IMG/VR virus record: IMGVR_UViG_3300032038_000031
Location: 1-42,369 of that record
Length of the DNA: 42,369 nucleotides
Strand: one strand, 5' to 3'
From: a virus
Lineage: Duplodnaviria; Heunggongvirae; Uroviricota; Caudoviricetes
This document shows, piece after piece, positions 6,189 through 15,367 of this stretch. A program made the position numbers and the translations under genes. The first letter of the stretch is position 1, and each line of letters opens with the position of its first letter. The notes beneath the pieces are model-generated. The model did no database searches and was not told where the DNA came from. It saw only the letters and a program-made list of their open reading frames with translations.

Positions 6189-9100
6189 GTTTAGATAATA
6201 TATTAACCTTAACTAGTGGAGTTAAAAAACAGGGCTTATCTGAAGAACGCCTAAAAGCTCAACTACCGCATTTAAGAAGTCTAATTGCTCAATATAGAGA
6301 ATATCCTGATTTATTTATTGATGAAATAAAAGGAGAAAATTGCTCTTTTGAATTTTTCTTTTATCAAAGAATTTTCTTAAGAGTTGTAATGCGACATCGA
6401 TATGTTTATGCAACTTTTCCTAGAGCTTATTCAAAGAGCTTTTTGTCAATGACGGTTTTAATTATTCGTTGCATCTTATATCCAGGATCTCACCTTTTTG
6501 TAACAACAGGAGGAAAAGAACAGGCGGCTTCTATTACTGTTGCTAAAATTGAAGAAATATGTAAACTAATTCCAGCTTTACAAAATGAGATAAACTGGGA
6601 AAGAGGTAAAACTAAACATTCTAAAGATAATGTAAAATATTTATTTAAGAATGGTTCTGTAATAGATATTTTGGCGGCACGAGAAAGTTCGAGAGGACAA
6701 AGAAGAACGGGTAGAAGAATTATTATTACTTCTTTGGTCATTTTCGAATAATCTTCTTATTATCTTTTTTATATTTGTATGTTAGGAAAATATAAAGAAG
6801 GAGAAGATAAACAGATGATTGGATATTTATACCATATTACTAATTTAATTAACAATAAAACTTATATAGGAAAAACTAATAATATTGATAGACGAATTTC
6901 TCGTCATTTTTCAGATTTAAAAAAAGGTCAACATCATTCTCATAAATTGCAAAGAGCTTTTAACAAATATGGAGAAAAAGTTTTTAAAGTTACTTATGAA
7001 ACTTTTTTAGATATTTCTGAAAAAGAACTCGCTGACAAAGAAATCTCTGAAATTAAAAAATTTAATAGTTATTATAATGGATATAATGAGACCTTAGGAG
7101 GAGAAGGTCATGCTCTTTTATTTGATTTTGAAGAGCAGGTTTTAATTTATCAGATTGGACAACGATATGATGGAATTAAACATAAATTAGCAAATTATTT
7201 TAAATGTGATAGAACTACTTTAACAGCGATTATGAAAAAAGATGTTTTAAGTCATATCCAATATTCAGAAGAAAAACTTCAAACATTAATTCAACAAGTA
7301 GGAATTACGAAAGATTATTTAAAAGAAAATTATAAAAACAATTATACAAAAAAATTAAATAAATTTCAAGTTTTTTGTATTTTAGCTGAAATTGAATTTA
7401 ACAATATTTCACAAGCAACTTGTGGAAGAGCTTGTGGAGTAACAAAAGATTTAGTTCAAAATATTGTAAGTGGACGAACTTACAAAAAAGAATATCAAGC
7501 ATATATCCAAATGGATCAAGAAAAAAAGAAAAAATATTTAAATCAACTCCCTATTGATAGAACAGCTAAAAAGATGTCTAAAGTACAAATCACACAAGCT
7601 CTTGTTGATTATATTTTAGATAACAAAGGAAAAAAGACTCAAACTGAAATTGCAAAAGAATTAAATATTGATAGAAAACGAGTAAGTCGAATAATTAATA
7701 AAGAAACTTATCTTAATTTTATTAAAGATTGGGAAAAAAGACACCTCCATAGTTAATCTGCCCGAATTGCGGAAAAAAACTGGAACCCTAAACATATTTA
7801 TTATGCAAGGGAATCAGAACTGAAGGCGTAAGCCAGGTGCAACGCATAGGTATTGACGCAAGAATAATATACCCACGAGTCCGCAACAATTACCTAACAA
7901 ATTGAAAAGATATGCTGAACTTATAGGAAACTATAAGAAGTAAAGGATAAAAAGCCTTTACGATAACAAATTGGGACTAATGGAAGAGTGTGTTCTTATT
8001 GATCAAACAGCTCTTAATGAAATAATCATTCCTACAACCAATGTTGATAGACGATTACCAGGCGGAGGCTCTGCACCAGAAGAGATGGTTAATAAAAGTC
8101 AAATTTATATTACTACAGCTGGGTTAAGAATTCTTTGGCTCAGGATAAATTATTCTAATTGCTGGAACGCTAAGTTATTTAACTATAAATAATATGCCAA
8201 TCAGCAGCGAAGTATTTTATTAAATATAGAAAGGATACCAACAATGAAAGATATAAAATATTCAAAAATAAAGCCAAATCTATATGCTATTGAAAAAGAT
8301 GGTAGAGTTTGGAGTAAATATACTAAGAAGTATATGAAAATTTCATTGGATAAAGATGGATATTCTACTATTTCTCTTAAAAATGATAGAAATGGGTATT
8401 CCCATTTTGGAATACACAGATTATTAATGATTGCTTTTAAACCTATAGATAATATGGAGAATATGCAAGTTAATCATAAAGATGGGAATAAAAGCAATAA
8501 TGTTTTATCTAATTTAGAATGGGTAACTTGTAAAGAAAATCTAAAACATGCTAGAGATAATAATTTAAATGTTACTTTTGGACAAAAAGGAACTAATCAT
8601 CCTAATAATAAAATTTCAGAGAAAGAAGCTAAAAAAATTATTGAATTAAATAAAAAAGGCTATACTCCAAAAGAAATTTTAAAAGAAGTCCCAAATGCGA
8701 CAAAAAATATTATCAATAGTATTATTCATAATAGAACTTGGAAACATTTAAAGAGATAATAAAATAATGTGCTCAACGACTATCCCGCAAGGGAGTACAC
8801 TATAAGCGATTGATAGTGGAAAAGAATAACAAATACAATAAGTATTAGAAGATATAGTCTAATCTTATAGGAAACTATAAGCAGTTCATAAGAGAACGTA
8901 TATAATAGTAGCGTATTATATAGAAAAATATGGGAAGAATTCATTTGCTTATAAAAAGTTAATTGAATTATTAATTCAATCATTAATTGAACCAGATGCT
9001 TGTATGATTATGGGCGGAACTTATGAAACTCCAGTTGCTGAAGGGCTATTGAATGCTGATTTTGTAAGGCAACTAAAATTACAAGGGACTTTTAATGAGG

Positions 9101-11178
9101 ATTCTTTTGACAGAGAATATAGAAGTAAATGGAGCGGAGATGTAGAAAATGCTTTCTACTCTGCAGAAAAATTTGATAAATATAGAGTATTAAATCAGCC
9201 AGAAAATGAAGCTAGTGGAAGAAGTACTAAAACAACTTATTATGTTCTAGGTGTCGATGTAGGACGTATTGGTTGTACAACAGAAGTAGCTGTCTTTAAA
9301 GTATGTCCACAAATTCAAGGTGCGGCGATGAAAAGCTTAGTTAATATTTTTACCTTTGAAGCAGAACACTTTGAAGAACAAGCTATTCATTTAAAACGAT
9401 TATATTATCGCTATAAAGCAAGAGTATTAGCTATTGATGCTAATGGATTAACACAACTAGTCCCTTATATCAGCAATGATATAAGCAAACTCTTTTAATT
9501 GCTGGAAAGCTAAGTTCTATAATAGAATATGCTAATCAGCAGCTAAGAATTAAGAATACTTGAAGCTTTTATAGGAGGCTTAAGATGAAAGAAAAAAAAT
9601 TACAATTTGTAAATATAATTTAATTTATGATTACTATGTATGTGATGATGGTACTATATATAGTGCTAGAACAAATAAAACATTATCACCCCAATTAGAT
9701 AAAGATGGATATGAAAAAGTCCAAATGATGTCTGACGATGGAAAAAGACATAGATATTCAGTACATAGATTAATTCTTGAAAATTTTAACCCTGTTGAAG
9801 GAATGGAAAATTTACAAGTTAATCATATTGACGGAAATAAAAGAAATAATAAATTAAGTAATTTAGAATGGACAACTTGTCAAGAAAATATTGATCATGC
9901 TATTAATAATAATTTAAGAGCTAAAGTTAATGGAGCTTCTAAATTAACTATTGAACAAGTTAAAGAAATTTTTATTCGATCTAATAATGGAGAAACAAAT
10001 ATCTCTTTAGGAGAAGAATTTGGAGTTCATCCAGACCAGATTGGACGAATTAAAAATAGACATTCTTGGAAAGAAATAACTAAAGATTTATAATTTAAAA
10101 TAATTTTAAGTATTCTTAATTAAAGTTCAACGACTATCCCTTTGGGGAGTACATTAGAAGCTAATGCTAATGGAAATGGAGAGCGTCCTTTTAAAGGATG
10201 ATGATATAGTCTAATCTTATAGGAAACTATAAGCAGTTCATAAGAGAACGTATTTAGATGTTGCGATCTAAATAGAATATAATGTAGGGGTTGGTTTAAT
10301 TGATTTTATGACTCGTTCTCAAATTGACCCTGAGACGGGTGATGTATTACCTCCATTTGGAGTTGAAGGTGGAACAACCGCTGATATTATGGATCAATAT
10401 AAGAAAATTCGTGGAGCAGATGTAGAAGAAGATGCTATGTTTTTAATAAAAGCTAATGCTCCAATCAATACAGAAGCTTATTCTTATGCTCAAACACAAA
10501 TGTCTAGTGGTAAAGTTAAATTTTTAATTGATGAAAACCAAGCTAAAATGAAACTAATGGAAACAAAAGTAGGACAAAATATGTCCCCAGAACAGCGAAA
10601 TGATAAATTAAGACCTTTTGTTCATACTACTATTCTAAGAGAACAAATGCTAAGAGATTTGGCAGCTTAATTAGTAATAATTAAGAATAATAACCTTTCT
10701 AATTGCAAGAAAATCCAAATATTTTTTGGACAATTTGCAGCAAAGCTATTTATATATTTATACAAAAGCAAAAATGCGTCAGTCATATTAGAAATATAAA
10801 TAGAATGTTCAACGACTATCCCGTAGGAGGATGAGAAGCCTCAATAGGAGTAGGGCACAAGTTAATGGTGTGGGTGAGAATCCCTTAAATCGAAATGGAA
10901 GGCTCCTAGCAATAGGATGAAGACATAGTCTAATCTATATGGTAACATATAGCATAAATATATTTTATGGTATTAATTTTACGCATTAATATAAATATCA
11001 ATGAAATTTAGTAGAAGAAAATGAAGGTCAAAACATTATTTTAAAACAGTCTTCTCGTAATATTAAAAAAGATAAATTTTCTGCTTTTTTATATGGTTTA
11101 TATTATATTAAAAGAGATGAAGATAGAAAAAGAAAAAGAAAGAAAAGAGATATTAGTGATTTTATATTCTTTTCTTAA
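6185..11178 (+). CDS. terL: terminase large subunit, spliced, 578 aa; exons 6185-6712, 7974-8124, 8933-9448, 10285-10651, 11004-11178
   Basis: Exons sum to 1737 nt (579 codons). Junctions restore RRTG|GLMEEC (Walker B), TTAG|WKNS, DANG|LGVGLIDF (nuclease) and ML|NLVEE. Walker A-like FPRAYSKS is in exon 1 and KKDKFSA in exon 5. Confidence 0.92.
6713..7973 (+). mobile_element. group I intron 1 of terL, with GIY-YIG HEG in the P1 loop
   Basis: 5' exon ends in U and the intron ends in G. P1 CGGGU|AGA pairs with UCUGCCCG (7757-7764); P3 TTGCGGA/TCCGCAA; P7 GCATA/TATGC; P9 with a GAAA loop. Confidence 0.88.
6779..7756 (+). CDS. GIY-YIG homing endonuclease (start probably 6815)
   Basis: GYLYHITNLINNKTYIGKT...R...H...E...N motif followed by C-terminal HTH-like repeats; AAGGAG RBS at 6798. 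Confidence 0.9.
   Translation: MLGKYKEGEDKQMIGYLYHITNLINNKTYIGKTNNIDRRISRHFSDLKKGQHHSHKLQRAFNKYGEKVFKVTYETFLDISEKELADKEISEIKKFNSYYNGYNETLGGEGHALLFDFEEQVLIYQIGQRYDGIKHKLANYFKCDRTTLTAIMKKDVLSHIQYSEEKLQTLIQQVGITKDYLKENYKNNYTKKLNKFQVFCILAEIEFNNISQATCGRACGVTKDLVQNIVSGRTYKKEYQAYIQMDQEKKKKYLNQLPIDRTAKKMSKVQITQALVDYILDNKGKKTQTEIAKELNIDRKRVSRIINKETYLNFIKDWEKRHLHS
8125..8932 (+). mobile_element. group I intron 2 of terL (IA-like), with HNH HEG in the P6 loop
   Basis: P1 CTGGGT/GCTCAG; P10 AATTCTTT pairs with the 3' exon; P4 TGCTGG/TCAGCA; R element CTCAACGACTA; S element AAGATATAGTCT; terminal G. Confidence 0.92.
8244..8759 (+). CDS. HNH homing endonuclease (I-HmuI-like), 171 aa
   Basis: HRLLM...QVNHKDGNKSNNVLSNLEWVTCKEN plus a C-terminal HTH. 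Confidence 0.92.
   Translation: MKDIKYSKIKPNLYAIEKDGRVWSKYTKKYMKISLDKDGYSTISLKNDRNGYSHFGIHRLLMIAFKPIDNMENMQVNHKDGNKSNNVLSNLEWVTCKENLKHARDNNLNVTFGQKGTNHPNNKISEKEAKKIIELNKKGYTPKEILKEVPNATKNIINSIIHNRTWKHLKR
9449..10284 (+). mobile_element. group I intron 3 of terL (IA-like), with HNH HEG in the P6 loop
   Basis: P1 GGAT/GTCC; AATTGCTGGAA and AATCAGCAGC elements; R GTTCAACGACTA; S GATATAGTCT; a 14-bp stem (9548-9561/10108-10121) brackets the ORF. Confidence 0.92.
9585..10093 (+). pseudogene. HNH homing endonuclease with a frameshift at an A8 run (169 aa if restored)
   Basis: AGGAGG plus ATG at 9585 stops at 9621; the -1 frame from 9599 is open through QVNHIDGNKRNNKLSNLEW to 10093. Confidence 0.75.
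10652..11003 (+). mobile_element. group I intron 4 of terL, no ORF, 352 nt
   Basis: P1 TGCT/GGCA; P10 AGATTT/AAATTT; R GTTCAACGACTA; S AAGACATAGTCT; terminal G. Confidence 0.9.
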
Positions 11179-11185
11179 TAAAAAA

Positions 11186-11229
11186 TGGTCAATAATAATT
11201 AAAAGATATTTTGGAGTTTTTATATATTA
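11186..11229 (+). promoter_or_regulatory. candidate late-promoter motif
   Basis: TGGTCA, then about 32 nt later a T-run followed by ATATTA. Confidence 0.4.
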
Positions 11230-11266
11230 ATAGTATAGAAACTCCAAAAAAGGAGGAAAGAAAAGA

Positions 11267-11623
11267 TTGAGAGCCTCAAGAGGAGAAATTAAAATTTATG
11301 ATATATTAACTGCGGCAGAGTTAAATTTTAAAGAAGAATATTCTTTTCCTGATTTAAACAGTAATTTAGGTAGACCTTTAAGATTTGATTTTGCAATATT
11401 TGATGATGACGGAGATTTAGACTTTTTAATTGAGTATCAAGGTATACAACATTATGAACCAAAATCAAAATTTGGTGGTTTACAAGGTTTAAAGAAACAG
11501 CAGTTTAATGATATGAAGAAAAGAGAATATTGTAAAAAACATAATATTAATTTAGTTGCAATTCCCTATTGGGATGAGAATAGAATTAATTATGATTATA
11601 TTATGAAGGCAGCTGGATATTAA
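11267..11623 (+). CDS. small PD-(D/E)XK / Vsr-like endonuclease-domain protein, 118 aa
   Basis: E...LRFDFAI...LIEYQGIQHY motif; TTG start with AGGAGG RBS. Confidence 0.75.
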   Translation: MRASRGEIKIYDILTAAELNFKEEYSFPDLNSNLGRPLRFDFAIFDDDGDLDFLIEYQGIQHYEPKSKFGGLQGLKKQQFNDMKKREYCKKHNINLVAIPYWDENRINYDYIMKAAGY

Positions 11624-11641
11624 TGAAAGCTAAAGATAAAG

Positions 11642-11670
11642 TTGCTTAGTGTAAAAATTTTTGGTATAAT
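11642..11670 (+). promoter_or_regulatory. sigmaA promoter upstream of portal
   Basis: TTGCTT-17bp-TATAAT with a TGG extension. Confidence 0.6.
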
Positions 11671-11682
11671 TAAAATAGAGAA

Positions 11683-13329
11683 ATGAGGTGTATTAAGAAT
11701 TTGATTCAAGAAAAACATTCAGAAACACGAATGGAAAAAATTCGTAAAAAAGGTTTTGATATGACTCATAATACTTATGAAGATATTCCTTTATCTGAAA
11801 AAGACTATGGAACTCCTTTAACTGATTATGCAAGAAAAGAAAAAGATAAAAGAATAAAAGTAGGATTAAAACAACTTAGTAACGCTTTATTATCTCTTGG
11901 GGATTTAGATAATATTGACAATAGTTATCTAAGAAAAGAAGATGTTTTAAGAGCTATTGCTAATCAAGATAGTAAAGAATTAAGAGATATTTCAAATTAT
12001 TTTTATAAAGTCAGTGGTATATATAATCGTTTATGTCGATATATGGCATATATGTATAAATATGATTGGATGGTAGTTCCTACTGCGAAAATAGATCAAC
12101 CAGATACTAAAAAAGAACAAAAAACTTTTTATGATATATTACAATTTTTAGATAATTTTGGGGTTAAAAAGTTTTGTGGGGAAACAGCTTTAAAAATTAT
12201 TAAGAATGGTTGCTATTACGGTTATTTAATTGAAAAGAATAATCAATTAAGTATTCAAGAGTTACCTCCAAATTATTGTCGTTCAAGATTTAAAACTGCT
12301 GATGGTCGTGATGCAGTAGAGTTTAATGTTAAATTTTTTGATGACTCTTTTAGAGATGTGAATCAAAAGATGAAAATGTTAAATTTATTTCCTGATGATA
12401 TAAAAAGAGGTTATTTATTATATAAACAAGGTAAGTTACCACAAGATTTTTCGGGGGATTCAAAAGGCTGGTACTTATTAGATACAGAAAAAGCCATTAA
12501 ATTTGATATATGCGGAGAAGATTTTCCATTTTTTATGGCGGCTATTCCCGCAATTATTGATTTAGATGAGGCTAAAGGGCTAGAAAGAAAAAAGATGAAA
12601 CAACAGTTATTAAAAATTGTTGTTCAAACTTTACCTCTTGATAAAAATGGAGATTTAATTTTTGATTCAGATGAAGCAAGAGTTCTTCATAATAATATCG
12701 TATCTATGTTAAAAAATGCTGTTGGAGTTGAGGTACTAACTTCTTTTGGTAATATTGATATTGAAGATATAGCTCAACAAAAAACAAATGCAGTATCTGA
12801 TGACTTAGAAAAAATGGAGAGGGCAGTTTTTAATGAAGCTGGTGTTCCTCAAAATCAATTTAATGCAGAAGGTAATGTTGCTCAAGAAAAATCAATTTTA
12901 AATGATGAAGCTTCAATGTTTAATTTAGTTCAACAATTTGAAGATTTTTTAAATTATATTATAAAACCTTTTAATAAAAAATCTGGTAAAGTGTCTTTTA
13001 AAGTACAAGTTTTACCAACTACAATTTATAATTATCAAAATTTATCTAAGTTATATAAAGAACAAACTCAAATTGGTTATTCTAAATTTTTACCTCAACT
13101 TGCTCTTGGACAATCTCAAAGTTCAATTTTAGCAAGTGCTTATTTTGAAAATAAAGTTTTAAAATTAAATGATGTATTTATTCCGCCAATGATGTCTAGT
13201 ACAATGAGTTCTAACACTCAAAAATCTAATGATTCTATTGAAAAGAAAAAAGCGGGAAGACCATCAAAAGAAGAACAAGGTGAATCTGTTAGTGATAAAA
13301 CGATTCAAAACCAAGAAAGTTTATCTTAA
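11683..13329 (+). CDS. portal protein (start may be the TTG at 11701)
   Basis: About 540 aa, located after terL; GAGGTG RBS before 11701; typical portal size and a low-complexity charged C-terminus. Confidence 0.8.
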   Translation: MRCIKNLIQEKHSETRMEKIRKKGFDMTHNTYEDIPLSEKDYGTPLTDYARKEKDKRIKVGLKQLSNALLSLGDLDNIDNSYLRKEDVLRAIANQDSKELRDISNYFYKVSGIYNRLCRYMAYMYKYDWMVVPTAKIDQPDTKKEQKTFYDILQFLDNFGVKKFCGETALKIIKNGCYYGYLIEKNNQLSIQELPPNYCRSRFKTADGRDAVEFNVKFFDDSFRDVNQKMKMLNLFPDDIKRGYLLYKQGKLPQDFSGDSKGWYLLDTEKAIKFDICGEDFPFFMAAIPAIIDLDEAKGLERKKMKQQLLKIVVQTLPLDKNGDLIFDSDEARVLHNNIVSMLKNAVGVEVLTSFGNIDIEDIAQQKTNAVSDDLEKMERAVFNEAGVPQNQFNAEGNVAQEKSILNDEASMFNLVQQFEDFLNYIIKPFNKKSGKVSFKVQVLPTTIYNYQNLSKLYKEQTQIGYSKFLPQLALGQSQSSILASAYFENKVLKLNDVFIPPMMSSTMSSNTQKSNDSIEKKKAGRPSKEEQGESVSDKTIQNQESLS

Positions 13330-13402
13330 TAGTGAAGGACAAAAAAATTTAAGTGTCCCTTACTATTTTTAAAATATAAATGATGAAAAAAGGAGATTGT
13401 AA

Positions 13403-14725
13403 ATGAAAAATAAATCTATTGTTACAAATGAATCTCCTGCTTTTATTAATCTTCAACCATTAGATATAAGTCCATTAATTTCTTCTTGTGAAATTAAAGT
13501 TGCTTATGTAGGTAAGAATAGAAATCACTCAGTTATTTCTAAAGAAAAACTTACTGAAATGGCAAAAACTTTAAGAGGTAATCCTATTGTAGGTTACTAT
13601 AAAAAAGATAAAGAAGATTTTGCAGACCATGGACAGCAATTAGTTATTGATGATGAGGGCGTAAGAACGAATTGTTTAACAGTTCCTTATGGCTTTGTCG
13701 CACCAGATGCAAAAGTATGGTTTCAAACTTTTGATGATTATGATGAATTTGGTAATATTCAAACTAGAGAATATCTAATGACTCAAGGATATTTATGGAC
13801 TGGTCAATTTAAAGAATGCCAGAAAGTTATTGATGAAGGTAAACCTCAATCAATGGAATTTCAAGATGATGATAGTTTTAAAGGTCATTGGGCAGAAGAT
13901 TATGGAACAGGTAACGAATTTTTCATTATAGATAATGCAGTTTTTTCTAAGTTATGTATTTTAGGAGATGATGTAGAACCTTGCTTTGAAGGCGCAAGTG
14001 TAACAGTCCCAATGGTAAGTAAAGATTTTGCTAAACAACAAAATTTTGCTTTAAATGATGACGCTCTACATACTTTATATTCAATGAAGAAAGAATTGCA
14101 AGATCTTAAACAAAAAATGTTTACAAAAGGAGGAGACAATACTATGCAAAAAGAGGAAAAGCAAAAACAGGCTGAAACAAAGACTCCAGAAACAGAGCCA
14201 AAGAATAAAGACGATTCTAAGGGTGAAGTAAAGAAAGAGTCAGAAAAGAAAGAGACTAATACTGAAAGTAAGTCTGATGATAAAAAAGAAAAAGAGCCTA
14301 CTAAAAATCATACTCTTTCAGAAACAGAATATAATGGTTTAATAGAAAAGATAGATACTCTTACTACTAATTTTACTAATGCAACAGAAAAAATTAATCA
14401 GTTAGAATCAACAATTTCTCAATTAACTTCAGAAAATTCTAATTTAAAAGATTTTAAAAAGAATATTGAAGATAAAGAAAAAGATGATATGATCAATAGT
14501 TTCTATATGCTTTCTGACGAAGATAAACAAGATGTTATTGCTAATAAAGATAAATATAGTCTTGATGATATCGAATCTAAACTTTCTGTTATTTGTTTTA
14601 GAAAGAAAATTAATTTTACAGAAACTCAAGTAGATAATAAGGTATTAACATATAACTTACAATCAACAGTAACAGATGATGTACCTGATTATATTAAAGC
14701 TTTAAGACAAACAAAAGAAAATTAA
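13403..14725 (+). CDS. prohead protease / scaffold fusion, 440 aa
   Basis: Globular N-terminal half (GKNRNHS...QSME...LCILG), a K/E-rich linker, then a coiled coil; lies between portal and capsid. Confidence 0.7.
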   Translation: MKNKSIVTNESPAFINLQPLDISPLISSCEIKVAYVGKNRNHSVISKEKLTEMAKTLRGNPIVGYYKKDKEDFADHGQQLVIDDEGVRTNCLTVPYGFVAPDAKVWFQTFDDYDEFGNIQTREYLMTQGYLWTGQFKECQKVIDEGKPQSMEFQDDDSFKGHWAEDYGTGNEFFIIDNAVFSKLCILGDDVEPCFEGASVTVPMVSKDFAKQQNFALNDDALHTLYSMKKELQDLKQKMFTKGGDNTMQKEEKQKQAETKTPETEPKNKDDSKGEVKKESEKKETNTESKSDDKKEKEPTKNHTLSETEYNGLIEKIDTLTTNFTNATEKINQLESTISQLTSENSNLKDFKKNIEDKEKDDMINSFYMLSDEDKQDVIANKDKYSLDDIESKLSVICFRKKINFTETQVDNKVLTYNLQSTVTDDVPDYIKALRQTKEN

Positions 14726-14744
14726 TTATAGGGAGGAAAATAAT

Positions 14745-15350
14745 ATGAAGAGAATTGGTTTTGGTCAAGTTGAACCAAATCATTTATCTGCCCAAAGAAC
14801 AGGTCAGATATATGCACAGCTTCCAGCTCACGTTAAGAAAGCTTCTGGAGATTCAGTAGCTACCGCAGATACTATTTCAATTCTTGAAAATGGTCAATTT
14901 GTTAAATATGACTATGCTCATGGAGAAGTTAATTATAGCGGCAAAGGCGAATGGATGCTTGTTTTTAATGAAGTAAAACTTTATGATGATAGATTTAGAG
15001 AAAGTTATAAAGATTTTGCAATGATCGCAGAAAATTATGTTCCAGCAGGAGCATCAATTTCTCATGGTGGTGTAGGTCCTTTTGATGGTCAAATGTATCC
15101 TCGTGTACTTAAGACTAATGTAGGAGATATGTATACTACAAACACTCTTGAAAAAGGTAATACATCAGGTAAGGCAGAAATTGAAACTGAAGCACTTGCA
15201 GTAGGTGATTTACTTCAACCAAATGCTACAGGTTATTTAAAAAAGGCTGCTGGTGAATTAGATACATTGACTGGTATGGTATGGCAAGTTGTTAAAGTTT
15301 ATACTTTAGCAGATGGACAAGAAGCCGTAAAAATTATGAGAATTAAATAA
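14745..15350 (+). CDS. probable head decoration / structural protein, 201 aa
   Basis: Directly precedes the capsid gene; strong RBS and codon usage typical of highly expressed genes. Confidence 0.5.
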   Translation: MKRIGFGQVEPNHLSAQRTGQIYAQLPAHVKKASGDSVATADTISILENGQFVKYDYAHGEVNYSGKGEWMLVFNEVKLYDDRFRESYKDFAMIAENYVPAGASISHGGVGPFDGQMYPRVLKTNVGDMYTTNTLEKGNTSGKAEIETEALAVGDLLQPNATGYLKKAAGELDTLTGMVWQVVKVYTLADGQEAVKIMRIK

Positions 15351-15367
15351 AGGAGGAGAAATAAGAG

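Noticed and set aside
6752-7756. GIY-YIG ORF translated as a fusion with terL exon 1
   Set aside because: The exon 1 reading frame stops at 6751, and the HEG has its own RBS and promoter motif.
6185-11178. terL as a pseudogene, stop-codon recoding, or inteins
   Set aside because: The interruptions are out-of-frame inserts with group I cores and clean U/G splice boundaries. All other long genes read in code 11, and no intein motifs are seen.
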